Assembly (NCBI RefSeq): GCF_006345805.1
Contig: NC_043026.1
Span: 4,154,001-4,218,000 of the forward strand
Source of the DNA: Octopus sinensis
Lineage: Eukaryota
Reading direction: 5' to 3'
Length of the DNA: 64,000 nt
In this document: piece by piece, positions 11,361 through 22,278 of the stretch
Layout of the letters: every line of letters starts with the position of its first letter
Numbering within the stretch: position 1 is the first letter of the stretch
The notes under the pieces: model-generated
The model's input: the letters and a program-made list of their open reading frames with translations, nothing else
What the model was told of the DNA's origin: nothing
The model's database searches: none
Program-made: the position numbers and the translations under genes

Positions 11361-13465
11361 GTTAAGTTAAGTTAAGTTAATTTTTTGGCTCAAAAAGCAA
11401 AAAGCAAGGCCATGTAGGGGGACATGGAGTTATGTACAGGGAGGGTGTTCATGCAAAGAGTTCAGGCCATTTCTGGTCAAGAGAGACTTTGAACTGAGCG
11501 GTCGTTGGCACCTTCACTATCTCGTCCGGCAGCTTATTCCACGGATCAGCAACCCGGACGGAGAAAGCCCCTCTCCTTCGATTGAGATGAAATCGTCGCA
11601 GATAGAGCTTTTCGGAGTGACCCCGCAGCCGACGCTCTGGAGCAGGAGTGAAGAACAGCTCTTTCGAGAGGTTACACTTTCCGCTTATGATGTTGGAGTT
11701 ATGTACAGGGAGGGTGTTCATGCAAAGAGTTCATTCAGGCCATTTCTGGTCAAGAGAGATTTTGAACCGAGCGGTCGTTGGCATCTTCACTATCTCGTCC
11801 GGCAGCTTATTCCACGGATCCGCAACCCGGACAGAGAAAGCCCCTCTCCTTCGATTGAGGTGAAATCGTCGCAGATAGAGCTTTTCGGAGTGACCCCGCA
11901 GCCGACGCTCTAGAGCAGGAGTGAAGAACAGCTCTTTCGAGAGGTTACACTTTCCGCTTATGATGTTGGAGTTATGTACAGGGAGGGTGTTCATGCAAAG
12001 AGTTCATTCAGGCCATTTCTGGTCAAGAGAGACTTTGAACCGAGCGGTCGTTGGCATCTTCACTATCTCGTCCGGCAGCTTATTCCACGGATCCGCAACC
12101 CGGACGGAGAAAGCCCCTCTCCTTCGATTGAGGTGAAATCGTCGCAGATAGAGCTTTTCGGAGTGACCCCGCAGCCGACGCTCTGGAGCAGGAGTGAAGA
12201 CAGCTCTTTCAAGAGGTTACACTTTCCGCTTATGATGTTGGAATTATGTACAGGGTGGTGTTCATGCAAAGAGTTCATTCAGGCCATTTCTGGTCAAGAG
12301 AGACTTTGAACCAAGCGGTCGTCGGCATCTTCACTATCTCGTCCGGCAGCTTATTCCACGGATCAGGCAACCCGGACGGAGAAAGCCCCTCTCCTTCGAT
12401 TGAGGTGAAATCGTCGCAGATAGAGCTTTTCGGAGTGACCCCGCAGCCGACGCTCTAGAGCAGGAGTGAAGAACAGCTCTTTCGAGAGGTTACACTTTCC
12501 GCTTATGATGTTGGAGTTATGTACAGGGAGGGTGTTCATGCAAAGAGTTCATTCAGGCCATTTCTGGTCAAGAGAGACTTTGAACCGAGCGGTCGTTGGC
12601 ATCTTCACTATCTCGTCCGGCAGCTTATTCCACGGATCCGCAACCCGGACGGAGAAAGCCCCTCTCCTTCGATTGAGGTGAAATCGTCGCAGATAGAGCT
12701 TTTCGGAGTGACCCCGCAGCCGACGCTCTGGAGCAGGAGTGAAGAACAGCTCTTTCAAGAGGTTACACTTTCTGCTTATGATGTTGGAATTATGTACAGG
12801 GTGGTGTTCATGCAAAGAGTTCATTCAGGCCATTTCTGGTCAAGAGAGACTTTGAGCCAAGCGGTCATCGGCATCTTCACTATCTCGTCCGGCAGCTTAT
12901 TCCACGGATCAGGCAACCCGGACGGAGAAAGCCCCTCTCCTTCGATTGAGATGAAATCGTCGCAGATAGAGCTTTTCGGAGTGACCCCGCAGCCGACGCT
13001 CTGGAGCAGGAGTGAAGAACAGCTCTTTCGAGAGGTTACACTTTCCGCTTATGATGTTGGAGTTATGTACAGGGAGGGTGTTCATGCAAAGAGTTCAGGC
13101 CATTTCTGGTCAAGAGAGACTTTGAACCGAGCGGTCGTCGGCATCTTCACTATCTCGTCCGGCAGCTTATTCCACGGATCCGCAACCCGGACGGAGAAAG
13201 CTCCTCTCCTTCGATTGAGATGAAATCGTCGCAGATAGAGCTTTTCGGAGTGATTCCGCAGCTGACGCTCTGGAGCAGGAGTGAAGAACAGCTCTTTCGA
13301 GAGGTTACACTTTCCGCTTATGATGTTGTGAGCGAGAATGAGATCACCACGGCGTCGTCGTTTTTCTAGAGAATAAAGGTCGAGCGTCTTCAGCCTTTCT
13401 TCATAAGACAAATTCTTGAGACCAAGAACCATGCGGGTAGCCAGCTTCTGGATGTAGAGATGTTG
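11361..13465 (-). mobile_element. CR1/L2-clade LINE 3' end amplified into a 7-unit, ~273-bp tandem array
   Basis: ORF2 C-terminus LSYEERLKTLDLYSLEKRRRRGDLI...RGHSEKL...FSVRVADPWNKLP...FKVSLD and a (TTAAC)n tail at 11361-11380. A unit marker recurs at 11432, 11701, 11974, 12246, 12519, 12792 and 13065. Confidence 0.9.
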
Positions 13466-13994
13466 CACTATCATTTTTGTAAGACAGCTCTCATCTGACA
13501 AGATGAGGCAATCGTCATCATGGGCCAATATGAGAAGCCACTAAGGTGGCAGAATCATTACCATGCCTAGCAGCATTTTGTCCATCTTTACATTTTGGGT
13601 TCAAATGCTTCCAGAGCCAGCTTTGCTTTTTTATCCTTTCTGGGACAATTAAATAAGTGCCATTTGAGCACCGGGGTCATTTTAATCAGCTTAGCCTCTC
13701 CCCCGAAATTGCTGGCCTTGTGCCGAAGATTGAAACTAATATGGGATACAACTGGATGGTAGTTGGAACTGCTAGAAATAGCAGCAAAATCTCTTGCCAT
13801 GAGCTGTTTAGCATCCAGCAGTGCACGATCATTTGGTCAACAGTATTAGCCCTCTTGATACCAGCCAGCCTGTGACCACCCCTGAGTCTGTGGTGCAAAC
13901 ATCTTGTTTTCAAGAAGTCTTGAATTAAAATCTTAGGAATGAGAACCCATGCTGGTGGAATGCAATAAGCCCCATTCATGCATGGGTCGTCAAC

Positions 13995-14620
13995 AGAGCT
14001 GCCTGACTGGCTCCTCATGCCGGTGGCACATAAAAAGCACCTTCTGAACATAGTCGATGCCAGCCCTGCCTTCCGCCCCAACTGGCTCCTGTGCCGGTGG
14101 CACGTAAAATGCACCATCGGAATGTGACCAAAGCCAGTGCCGCCTGACTGGCTCCCATGCTGGTGGCACATAAAAAGCACCATCTGAAGGTAGTTGATGC
14201 CAGCCCCGCCTCCCACCCCAACTGGCTCCTGTGCTGGTGGCACATAAAAAGCACCATCTGAATGTGGTCAAAACCAGTGCCGCCTGACTGGCTCCCATGC
14301 TGGTGGCACATAAAAAGCACCATCTGAAGGTAGTTGATGCCAGCCCCGCCTCCCACCCCAACTGGCTTCTGTGCCAGTGGAACGTAAAAAGCACCATCCG
14401 AATGTGACCAAAGCCATTGCTGCCTGACTGGCTCCCGTGCTGATGGCACATAAAAAGCACCCACTAAACTCTTGGAGTTGTTGGCGTTAGGAAGGGCATC
14501 CAGCTGTAGAAACACTGCCAGATCATATTGCAGCATGGTGCAGCATGGCTTGCCAGTCCCTAGACAAGCCATCCAACCCATACGAGCATGGAATATGGAC
14601 GTTAAACGATGATGATGAAG
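13995..14620 (+). mobile_element. RTE-type LINE 3' UTR (family D) with internal 74/66-bp alternating minisatellite
   Basis: Contains GGAAGGGCATCCAGCTGTAGAAAC and an (ATG)n tail; GCAC..AAAAAGCACC recurs at 14026, 14100, 14166, 14240, 14306, 14380 and 14446. Other copies lie at 11200-11360, 22660-23100, 23860-24260, 28680-28880, 49145-49730 and 52960-53110. Confidence 0.75.
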
Positions 14621-14694
14621 AGGAGGTAAAAAGGTAGGGTGACTTCTACACCAAGACATCTTCAGAGGACAAAAAATCCCTTGTGAAATGCGCA

Positions 14695-15805
14695 GGAGTG
14701 GCTGTGTGGTAAGTAGCTTGCTTACCAACCTCATGGTTCCGGGTTCAGTCCCACTGCGTGGCATCTTGGGCAAGTGTCTTCTGCTATAGCCTCGGGCCGA
14801 CCAAAGCCTTGTGAGTGGATTTGGTAGACGGAAACTGAAAGAAGCCTGTTGTATATATAGGAGTGGCTGTGTGGTAAGTAGCTTGCTTACCAACCACTTG
14901 GTTCCGGGTTCAGTCCCACTGCGTGGCATCTTGGGCAAGTGTCTTCTACTATAGCCTCAGGCCGACCAAAGCCTTGTGAGTGGATTTGGTAGACGGAAAC
15001 TGAAAGAAGCCTGTTGTATATATAGGAGTGGCTGTGTGGTAAGTAGCTTGCTTACCAACCACTTGGTTCCGGGTTCAGTCCCACTGCGTGGCATCTTGGG
15101 CAAGTGTCTTCTACTATAGCCTCAGGCCGACCAAAGCCTTGTGAGTGGATTTGGTAGATGGAAACTGAAAGAAGCCCGTCATATATATGTATATATACAT
15201 ATGTGTGTGTGCATGTTTGTGTGTCTGTGTTTGTTCCCCTAGCATTGCTTGACAACCGATGCTGGTATGTTTACGTCGCCGTCACTTAGCGGTTCGGCAA
15301 AAGAGACTGATAGAATAAGTACTGTGATCTGGCAGTGTTTCTACAGCTGGATGCCCTTCCTAATGCCAATCACTCCGTGAGTGTAGTGGGTGCTTTTTAC
15401 GTGCCATATATGAATATATATATATGTGTGTGTATATGTTTGTGTGTCTGTGTTTGTCACCCCAACATCGCTTGACAACTGATGCTGGTGTGTTTACGTC
15501 CCCGTCACATCGCGGTTCGGCAAAAGTGACCGATAGAATAAGTACTGGGCTTACAAAAGAATAAGTCCAGGGGTCAATTTGCTCGACTAAAGGCATGTGT
15601 TTGTGTGTCTGTGTTTGTCCCCCTAGCATTGCTTGACAACTGATGCTGGTGTGTTTACGTCCCCGTCACATCGCGGTTCGGCAAAAGTGACCGATAGAAT
15701 AAGTACTGGGCTTACAAAGAATAAGTCCCGGGGTCGATTTGCTCGACTAAAAGGCGGTGCTCCAGCATGGCCGCAGTCAAATGACTGAAACAAGTAAACG
15801 AGTAA
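14695..15805 (+). mobile_element. SINE family A: three tandem heads (~166-bp period) plus duplicated bodies and tails
   Basis: Heads at ~14696, 14860 and 15025. Confidence 0.85.
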
Positions 15806-16545
15806 GATTTGGAAAGATAGAGACGATGTTTGATTGTTTTTACGATATATACTAATCCGATTCTTGTATGCTGGGAAAATAGACTGTGTTTACTGGATCA
15901 GGACAGACCTAGGGCTAAACAAGCAACAATCGCATTCACATACCTGTCCCTGGTGCAGCAACACAAACACAAAAGCAAGGAAGAGCAAACAGAATTTCAA
16001 ATAAACAGCAGTGATGGGAGTGGGGCGGGTAGAAGCCTGTGTCCACCTTTGTTTACCTGCGGCTTAGATTCCTGGAGTGGTGGCGGGGAGGGGGCAGATT
16101 CGGGGTAGGGGTGGGGGGTATGAATGGCGGTAAGGATGGGTGCAATAACAGATTAATCTGTGATTAGGGTTGTGGAGGGTGGTGGTGTCGGTGGGGGGGT
16201 GGAGTAGGGAGGAGGGGGGGGTTTCCAGAATATGCATAGAATGTGTTGAAAATGTCAAAACTGTTTTGAATTTCATAGGTATGATGTGTGTTTGTGGGTG
16301 TGTATATAACTGTCACTCTTTCTTTCCCCCTCCTCTCTCTCTCTATATATATATCTCTCTCTCTATATATATATATACATACATACATTCATACATATAT
16401 ATATATATATACATTCATACATTCATACATATATATAATATATATATATATATTATATATATATATACATACATACATACATACATACATACATACATAC
16501 ATACATACATACATTCATTCATTCATTCATTCATTCATATCTATA

Positions 16546-16577
<32 letters not shown>

Positions 16578-17559
16578 TGTTTCAGTCATTAGACCGTGGC
16601 CATGCTGGGGCACCGCCCACATGAAATTTTTGTAAATAAATTGACTCCAGTACTTAATTTTTAAGTCTGCTATTTATTCTATCAGTCTCTTTTGCTAAAC
16701 CACTAAGTTAGGAGTGCACAAATACACACCAGTTGTCAGGCAACTGGGGTACAAGCAGCACATCACACACACACATGCACATTATATATATGTGTGTGTA
16801 TGTATGTATATATATATATGTATATATATGTATGTATATATATGTATATATATATGTATATATATATATATGTGTATATATATGTGTGGAGGCGCAATGG
16901 CCCAGTGGTTAGGGCAGTGGACTCCCGGTCGTAGGATCGCGATTTCGATTCCCAGACCAGGCGTTGTGTGTGTGTATTGAGCGAAAACACCTAAAAGCTC
17001 CACGAGGCTCCGGCAGGGGGTGGTGATCCCTGCTGTACTCTTTCGCCACAACTTTCTCTCACTCTTTCTTCTGTTGGCCTGCTCGCTTAGCCAGCGGGAT
17101 GGCGTCATTCAAAGGCTAAAAAACAATGCGAACGCATTGTGACCAGCGATGTGTAGCAACATCTGATGGTCTGGTCGGTCACATGATCACGTGATATGTA
17201 TATATGTATATATATGTGTATATATATATATATACATATGTATATATGTGTATATATGTATATATATGTATGTATGTATAGTTGAAATTTACAGAAAAAC
17301 AAAAGGTGAAGACAGGTATATTAGTTTGACGCTCGGGAAGGTGAGAAAGTCTTTTACGTTTCGAGCCTAAGCTCTTTAGCAGAATGGAACACAAGGAAAT
17401 AAACAGAGATAGAATAAAAAAACTTATTGAGTTATATGTGTGAGTGTGTGTGTGTATGTACGTGTGTGCATGCATTCACACACAAACGCACATGTGTATA
17501 AAGACACACACACACACACCTTCACCTTTGTTACTGAATAATAATTTTTTCCGTGGAAG

Positions 17560-18530
17560 AGTCCAACTTGCGGTCGTGGTGCTGATGTTGGTTGTAGTAG
17601 TGGTTCTGGCAGTAGGGAAGGTGGTGGTCATGGTGGTAGTAGCAATGGTGGTGATGTTGATTGTAACAGTGGTGTTGGCAGTGCTAGTGGTGATCGTGGT
17701 GGTAGTAGCAATCGCGGTTGTGGTGGTGGCACTGGTGGTGATGTTGATTGTAACAGTGGTGGTGGCAGTGTCAGTAGTTCTGGTGTTAAAGACGGTGGTG
17801 GTCGTGGTGGTAGTAGCAATGGTGGTCATGGTGGTGATGTTGATTGTAACAGTGGTGGTGGCAGTGTCAGTGGTTGTGGTGGTAATGACAATGGTGGTTG
17901 TGGTGGTAGTAGCAATGGTGGTCATGGTGGTTGTAACAGTGGTGGTAGCAATGTTGGAATTACTAGTGGCAATTGTGGTGGTAGTGGCAGTTGTGGTGGT
18001 GATGTTGGTTGTAGTAGTGGTGGTGGTAGTGTCAGTGGTTCTGGCAGTAGTGACGGTGGTGGTAGTAGCAATGGTGGTGATGTTGATTGTAACAGTAGTG
18101 TTGGTGGTGCTAGTGGTGGTAGTAGCAATGCCGGTTGTGGTGGTGGCACTGGTGGTGATGTTGATTGTAACAGTTGTGGTGGCAGTGTCAGTGGTTCTGG
18201 TGGTAATGACGGTGGTGGTCGTGGTGGTAGTAGCAATGGCAGTCATGGTGGTGATGTTGGTTGTAGCAGTGGTGGTAGTAGCAATGGCAGTCGTCATGGT
18301 GGCGCTGGTGGTGATGTTGGTTGTAGCAGTGGTGGTGGTAGTGTCAATGGTTCTGGCAGTAGTGGCAGTGGTGGTGAGTGCAGTGACGATGTCGGCAGTA
18401 CTGTAGTGGTGGTGGTCATGGCAACAGTGGTCGTGATGATGGCAGTGACGATGTTGGCAATGCTGTAGTGGTGGTTGTGCCAGCGGTGGTGGGTTTTTTT
18501 CCAGTGGCGGTTGTGGTGGTGGTGTTCGAC
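17560..18530. repeat. Degenerate (GTG/GTA/ATG)n trinucleotide region
   Basis: Thr-rich (-) and Val-rich (+) open frames arise from the repeat; the block GGTGGTGATGTTGATTGTAACAGT recurs. Confidence 0.85.
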
Positions 18531-19011
18531 ACTGGGAGGGCTAGCAGTTTCTTTCTTTACTTTTTCCTTTATAACCATTGAATGCAAACCACATAACCAA
18601 ACATCAACTACTTCTTCCAGCACTACCACTGACACCCCACCGTTCGTTGCGATTGTTTGTGCATGTGGCACGCAGGGCGGGTTGGATCGGGGAGGATTTT
18701 GTGGTATTTAGGGTGTCGGGTGTAAAGAGGGCAAGTTAAAAATTATGGTTTTTCTTTTGTGCAATGTGATATGTGTGTACATTTGCGAACGTGTGTGCAT
18801 CTGTGTGAGCATTCATGTATGTGTTGACAACTAGGTGTGACATGGCTTTGTTGTAAGAAGCTTGCTTCACAATCACATGGTTCTGGGTTCAGTCCCACTG
18901 CATGGCACGTTGGGCAAGTGTCTTCTACTATAGCCTCGAGTTGACTTAAAGCCTTGTGAGTGGATTTGGTAGACAGAAAATGAAAGAAGTCTGTTGTATA
19001 TATCATCCTTT

Positions 19012-19245
19012 AAAGGCGGCGAGCTGGCAGAAACGTTAGCACACCGGGCGAAATGCGTAGCCGTATTTCACCTGTCCTTACGTTCTGAGTTCAAGTTCCG
19101 CCGAGGTCGACTTTGCCTTTCATCCTTTCGGGGTCGATATATTAAGTACCAGTTACGCACTGGGGTCGATGTAATCGACTTAATCTCTTTGTCTGTCCTT
19201 GTTTGTCCCCTCTGTGTTTAGCCCCTTGTGGGTAGTAAAGAAATA
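19012..19245 (+). mobile_element. MetaSINE-like family B, single copy
   Basis: Head AAGGCGGCGAGCTGGCAGAAACG plus Meta-like domain. Confidence 0.8.
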
Positions 19246-19249
19246 TATA

Positions 19250-20133
19250 TCATCATCGTCTACTTTCCATGCTGGTATGTGTTGGTCGGTTCGACTGAGG
19301 GCTGGCGAGCCAGAAGGCTGCATCAGGCTCTAGTCTGATCTGACAAAATTTTTACAGCTGGATGCCCTTCCTAACGCCTATATATATGGCTGTGTGGTAA
19401 GTAGCTTGCTTACCAACCCCATGGTTCCGGGTTCAGTCCCCCTGCATGCCACGTTGGGCAAATGTCTTCTACTATAGCCTCGGGTTGACTAAAGCCTTGT
19501 GAGTGGATTTGGTAGACAGAAAATGAAAGAAGCCTGTCGTATATATCATCATCGTCTGCTTTCCATGCTGGTATGTGTTGGTCGGTTCGACCGAGGGCTG
19601 GCGAGCCAGAAGGCTGCATCAGGCTCTAGTCTGATCTGACAAAATTTTTACAGCTGGATGCCCCTTCCTAACGCCTATATATATGGCTGTGTGGTAAGTA
19701 GCTTGCTTACCAACCCCATGGTTCCGGGTTCAGTCCCCCTGCATGCCACGTTGGGCAAATGTCTTCTACTATAGCCTCGGGTTGACTAAAGCCTTGTGAG
19801 TGGATTTGGTAGACGGAAACTGAAAGAAGCCTGTCGTATATATCATCATCGTCTGCTTTCCATGCTGATATGTGTTGGTCGGTTCGACCGAGGGCTGGCG
19901 AGCCAGGAGACTGCATCAGGCTCCAGTCTGATCTGACAAAGTTTTTACAGCTGGATGCCCCTTCCTAACGCCTATATATATGGCTGTGTGGTAAGTAGCT
20001 TGCTTACGAACCACATGGTTCCGAGTTCAGTCCCACTGCATGGCACTTTGGGCAAGTGTTTTCTACTATAGCCTGGGGCCGACCAAAGCCTTGTGAGTGG
20101 ATTTGGTAGTCGGAAACTGAAAGAAGCCTGTCG

Positions 20134-20166
<33 letters not shown>

Positions 20167-20365
20167 CTGTGTTTGTCTCCCCAATATCACTTGACAACTG
20201 ATGCCGGTGTGTATGTCCCTGTAACTTAGCGGTTCAGCAAAAGAGGCCGATAGAATAAGTACTAGGCTTACAAACAAAAAGTCCTGGTGTCAATATGCTC
20301 AACTACATGCGGTACTCCAGCATGGCTGCAGTCAAATGACTGAAACAAGTAAAAGAGTAAAAAGA
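19250..20365. repeat. 297-bp chimeric tandem unit (RTE 3' end [-] plus SINE A head [+]) ending in a full SINE A
   Basis: Near-identical units offset by 297 bp (e.g. ORF track 19410 vs 19707). Confidence 0.85.
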
Positions 20366-20379
20366 GTAATATATATATA

Positions 20380-20613
20380 TATTTAAGAGATAAAGGTGTC
20401 GATTATAACATACATTGGAAGATTTTGGCCAGATGTAAGCCCTATACCAACGGCAGCGGAAGGTGCGGTCTATGCGACATGGAGAGATGGCTTATCTGGA
20501 AAAGCAGCTTAGACCCTACTACATGTCTAAACACAAGGACAGAACTTTTCGGATAATGCCCACATGTGACTAAATTTCTGTTACGTTTTTGGTCCCCTAA
20601 AGAAAACAGATAG
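20380..20613 (+). pseudogene. Penelope-like element GIY-YIG endonuclease C-terminal relic
   Basis: Translates YLRDKGVDYNIHWKILARCKPYTNGSGRCGLCDMERWLIW...LNTRTELFG*CPHVTKFLL, matching the W.IL...PY...C.LC..E...LN.R.E...C.H..KFLL pattern of PLE ORF ends; one in-frame stop. Confidence 0.8.
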
Positions 20614-20774
20614 AACATGCTTTCTATGTTATGTCCCAAGAAGATTTCATATATTTTTATATAATTTTTATGGCGAAAAATGCGAGCGATGTATAAGTAC
20701 GCAGGCAAGCAGAGTTATAACACAGTAATTTCCCTTTGTATAACGGTATTTTTTCATAGCGTTTTAAAATAGCC

Positions 20775-20837
20775 AGATAACCGAAGAGATGGTGTTGTGG
20801 ATTCCCACTTCGGCATCTGAAACTCAGAGTTTTATCT
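20775..20837 (+). ncRNA. Type-I hammerhead ribozyme motif (core U4 to C)
   Basis: agataa-CCGAAGA-gatg...catc-t-GAA-ACTC-a-GAGT-T-ttatct; stems I, II and III can all be drawn; it lies 160 bp behind the PLE ORF end. Confidence 0.6.
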
Positions 20838-21664
20838 TGACTATCGAGTAATGTAGCATATTATTGTATATATATATATATATATATAATATATATATTC
20901 TTTGCTCTCTCTTTACTCTTTTACTTGTTTCAGTCATTTGACTGCGGCCATGCTGGAGCACCGCCTTTAGTCGAGCAAATCGACCCCAGGACTTATTCTT
21001 TGTAAGCCCAGTACTTATTCTATCGGTCTCTTTTGCCGAACCGCTAAGTGACGGGGACGTAAACACACCAGCATCGCTTGTCAAGCAATGCTAGGGGGAC
21101 AAACACAGACACACCAACATATACGCACACACATATATATATACATATATGCGACAGGCTTCTTTCAGTTTCCGTCTACCAAATCCACTCACAAGGCATT
21201 GGTTGGCCCAGGGCTATAGCAGAAGACACTTGCCCAAGATGCCACGCAGTGGGACTGAACCTGGAACCATGTGGTTGGTTAGCAAGCTACTTACCACAGA
21301 GCCACTCCTATATTATATATATATATATAAATATATGTATGTATGTATGTATATGATAGGCTTCTTTAAGTTTCCGTCTACCAAATCCACACACAAGGCT
21401 TTGGTCAGCCACAGGCTACAGTAGAAGACACTTACTCAAGGTACTACACAGTGGGACTGAACCTGGAACCATGCTGTTGGGGACCAACCTTCTTACCACA
21501 TAGGCATGCCTGCTCCTGCATGCAGCCACACTTGCATGTTTGCTTCCCAACCGTATGGTTCTGGGTTCAGTCTCACTGCAAGGCACCTCGGGTGTTTTCC
21601 ACTACATCCCCTGGGCCAACCAAAGCCATGTGGGAGGTTTTTGTAGACGGAGACTGAAAGAAGT

Positions 21665-22278
21665 CCTAAACCAGGACTGCCACGTTATGTTGGCAAACAA
21701 TCTTTACTACAAAGTACTGTTGCGGAATATCTCTCGTTGTGAGATTTACAAATAGTAATTTTCTAATTTATGGATCAGTGACTAGATGTCACTTTGTAAA
21801 CTATATATTTCGAATGGGAATTTGGCAGCGCCACCTCTAGCCGAACAATTATTCTGTGCTGATGAAGGGAAATAACCAGGAAATTGCGATACACAGATAT
21901 TGTGTTGAACTGAGTGGGGGTGCTAGATTCCCTTGTTCGAAAATATGAGGACACAGATCATGTTATATGGCCAGCTGGAGACGATGTCTCCTGGGGTTAA
22001 ATTACAGCAACATTCGTCCTAAACCAGGACTGCCATGTTATGTTGGCAAACAATCTTTACTACAAAGTACTGTTGCTGAATATCTCTCATTGTGAGATTT
22101 ACAAATAGTAATTTTCTAATTTATAGATCAGTGACTAGATGTCACTTTGTAAACTATATATTTCGAATGGGAATTTGGCAGTGCCACCTCTAACCAAACA
22201 ATTATTCTGTGCTGATGAAGGGAAATAACCAGGAAATCGCAATACACAGATATTGTGTTGAACTGAGTTGGGGTGCTA
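21665..22278 (+). mobile_element. 353-bp tandem unit (1.7 copies), each with a hammerhead motif; PLE pLTR/retrozyme-like
   Basis: Copies start at 21665 and 22018; HHR motifs lie at 21854-21896 and 22207-22249 with a canonical CTGATGA core. Confidence 0.65.

Noticed and set aside
12519-13223. 234-aa + strand ORF in the 273-bp array
   Set aside because: It is the antisense reading of tandem CR1 units; the 273-bp period (divisible by 3) explains the open frame.
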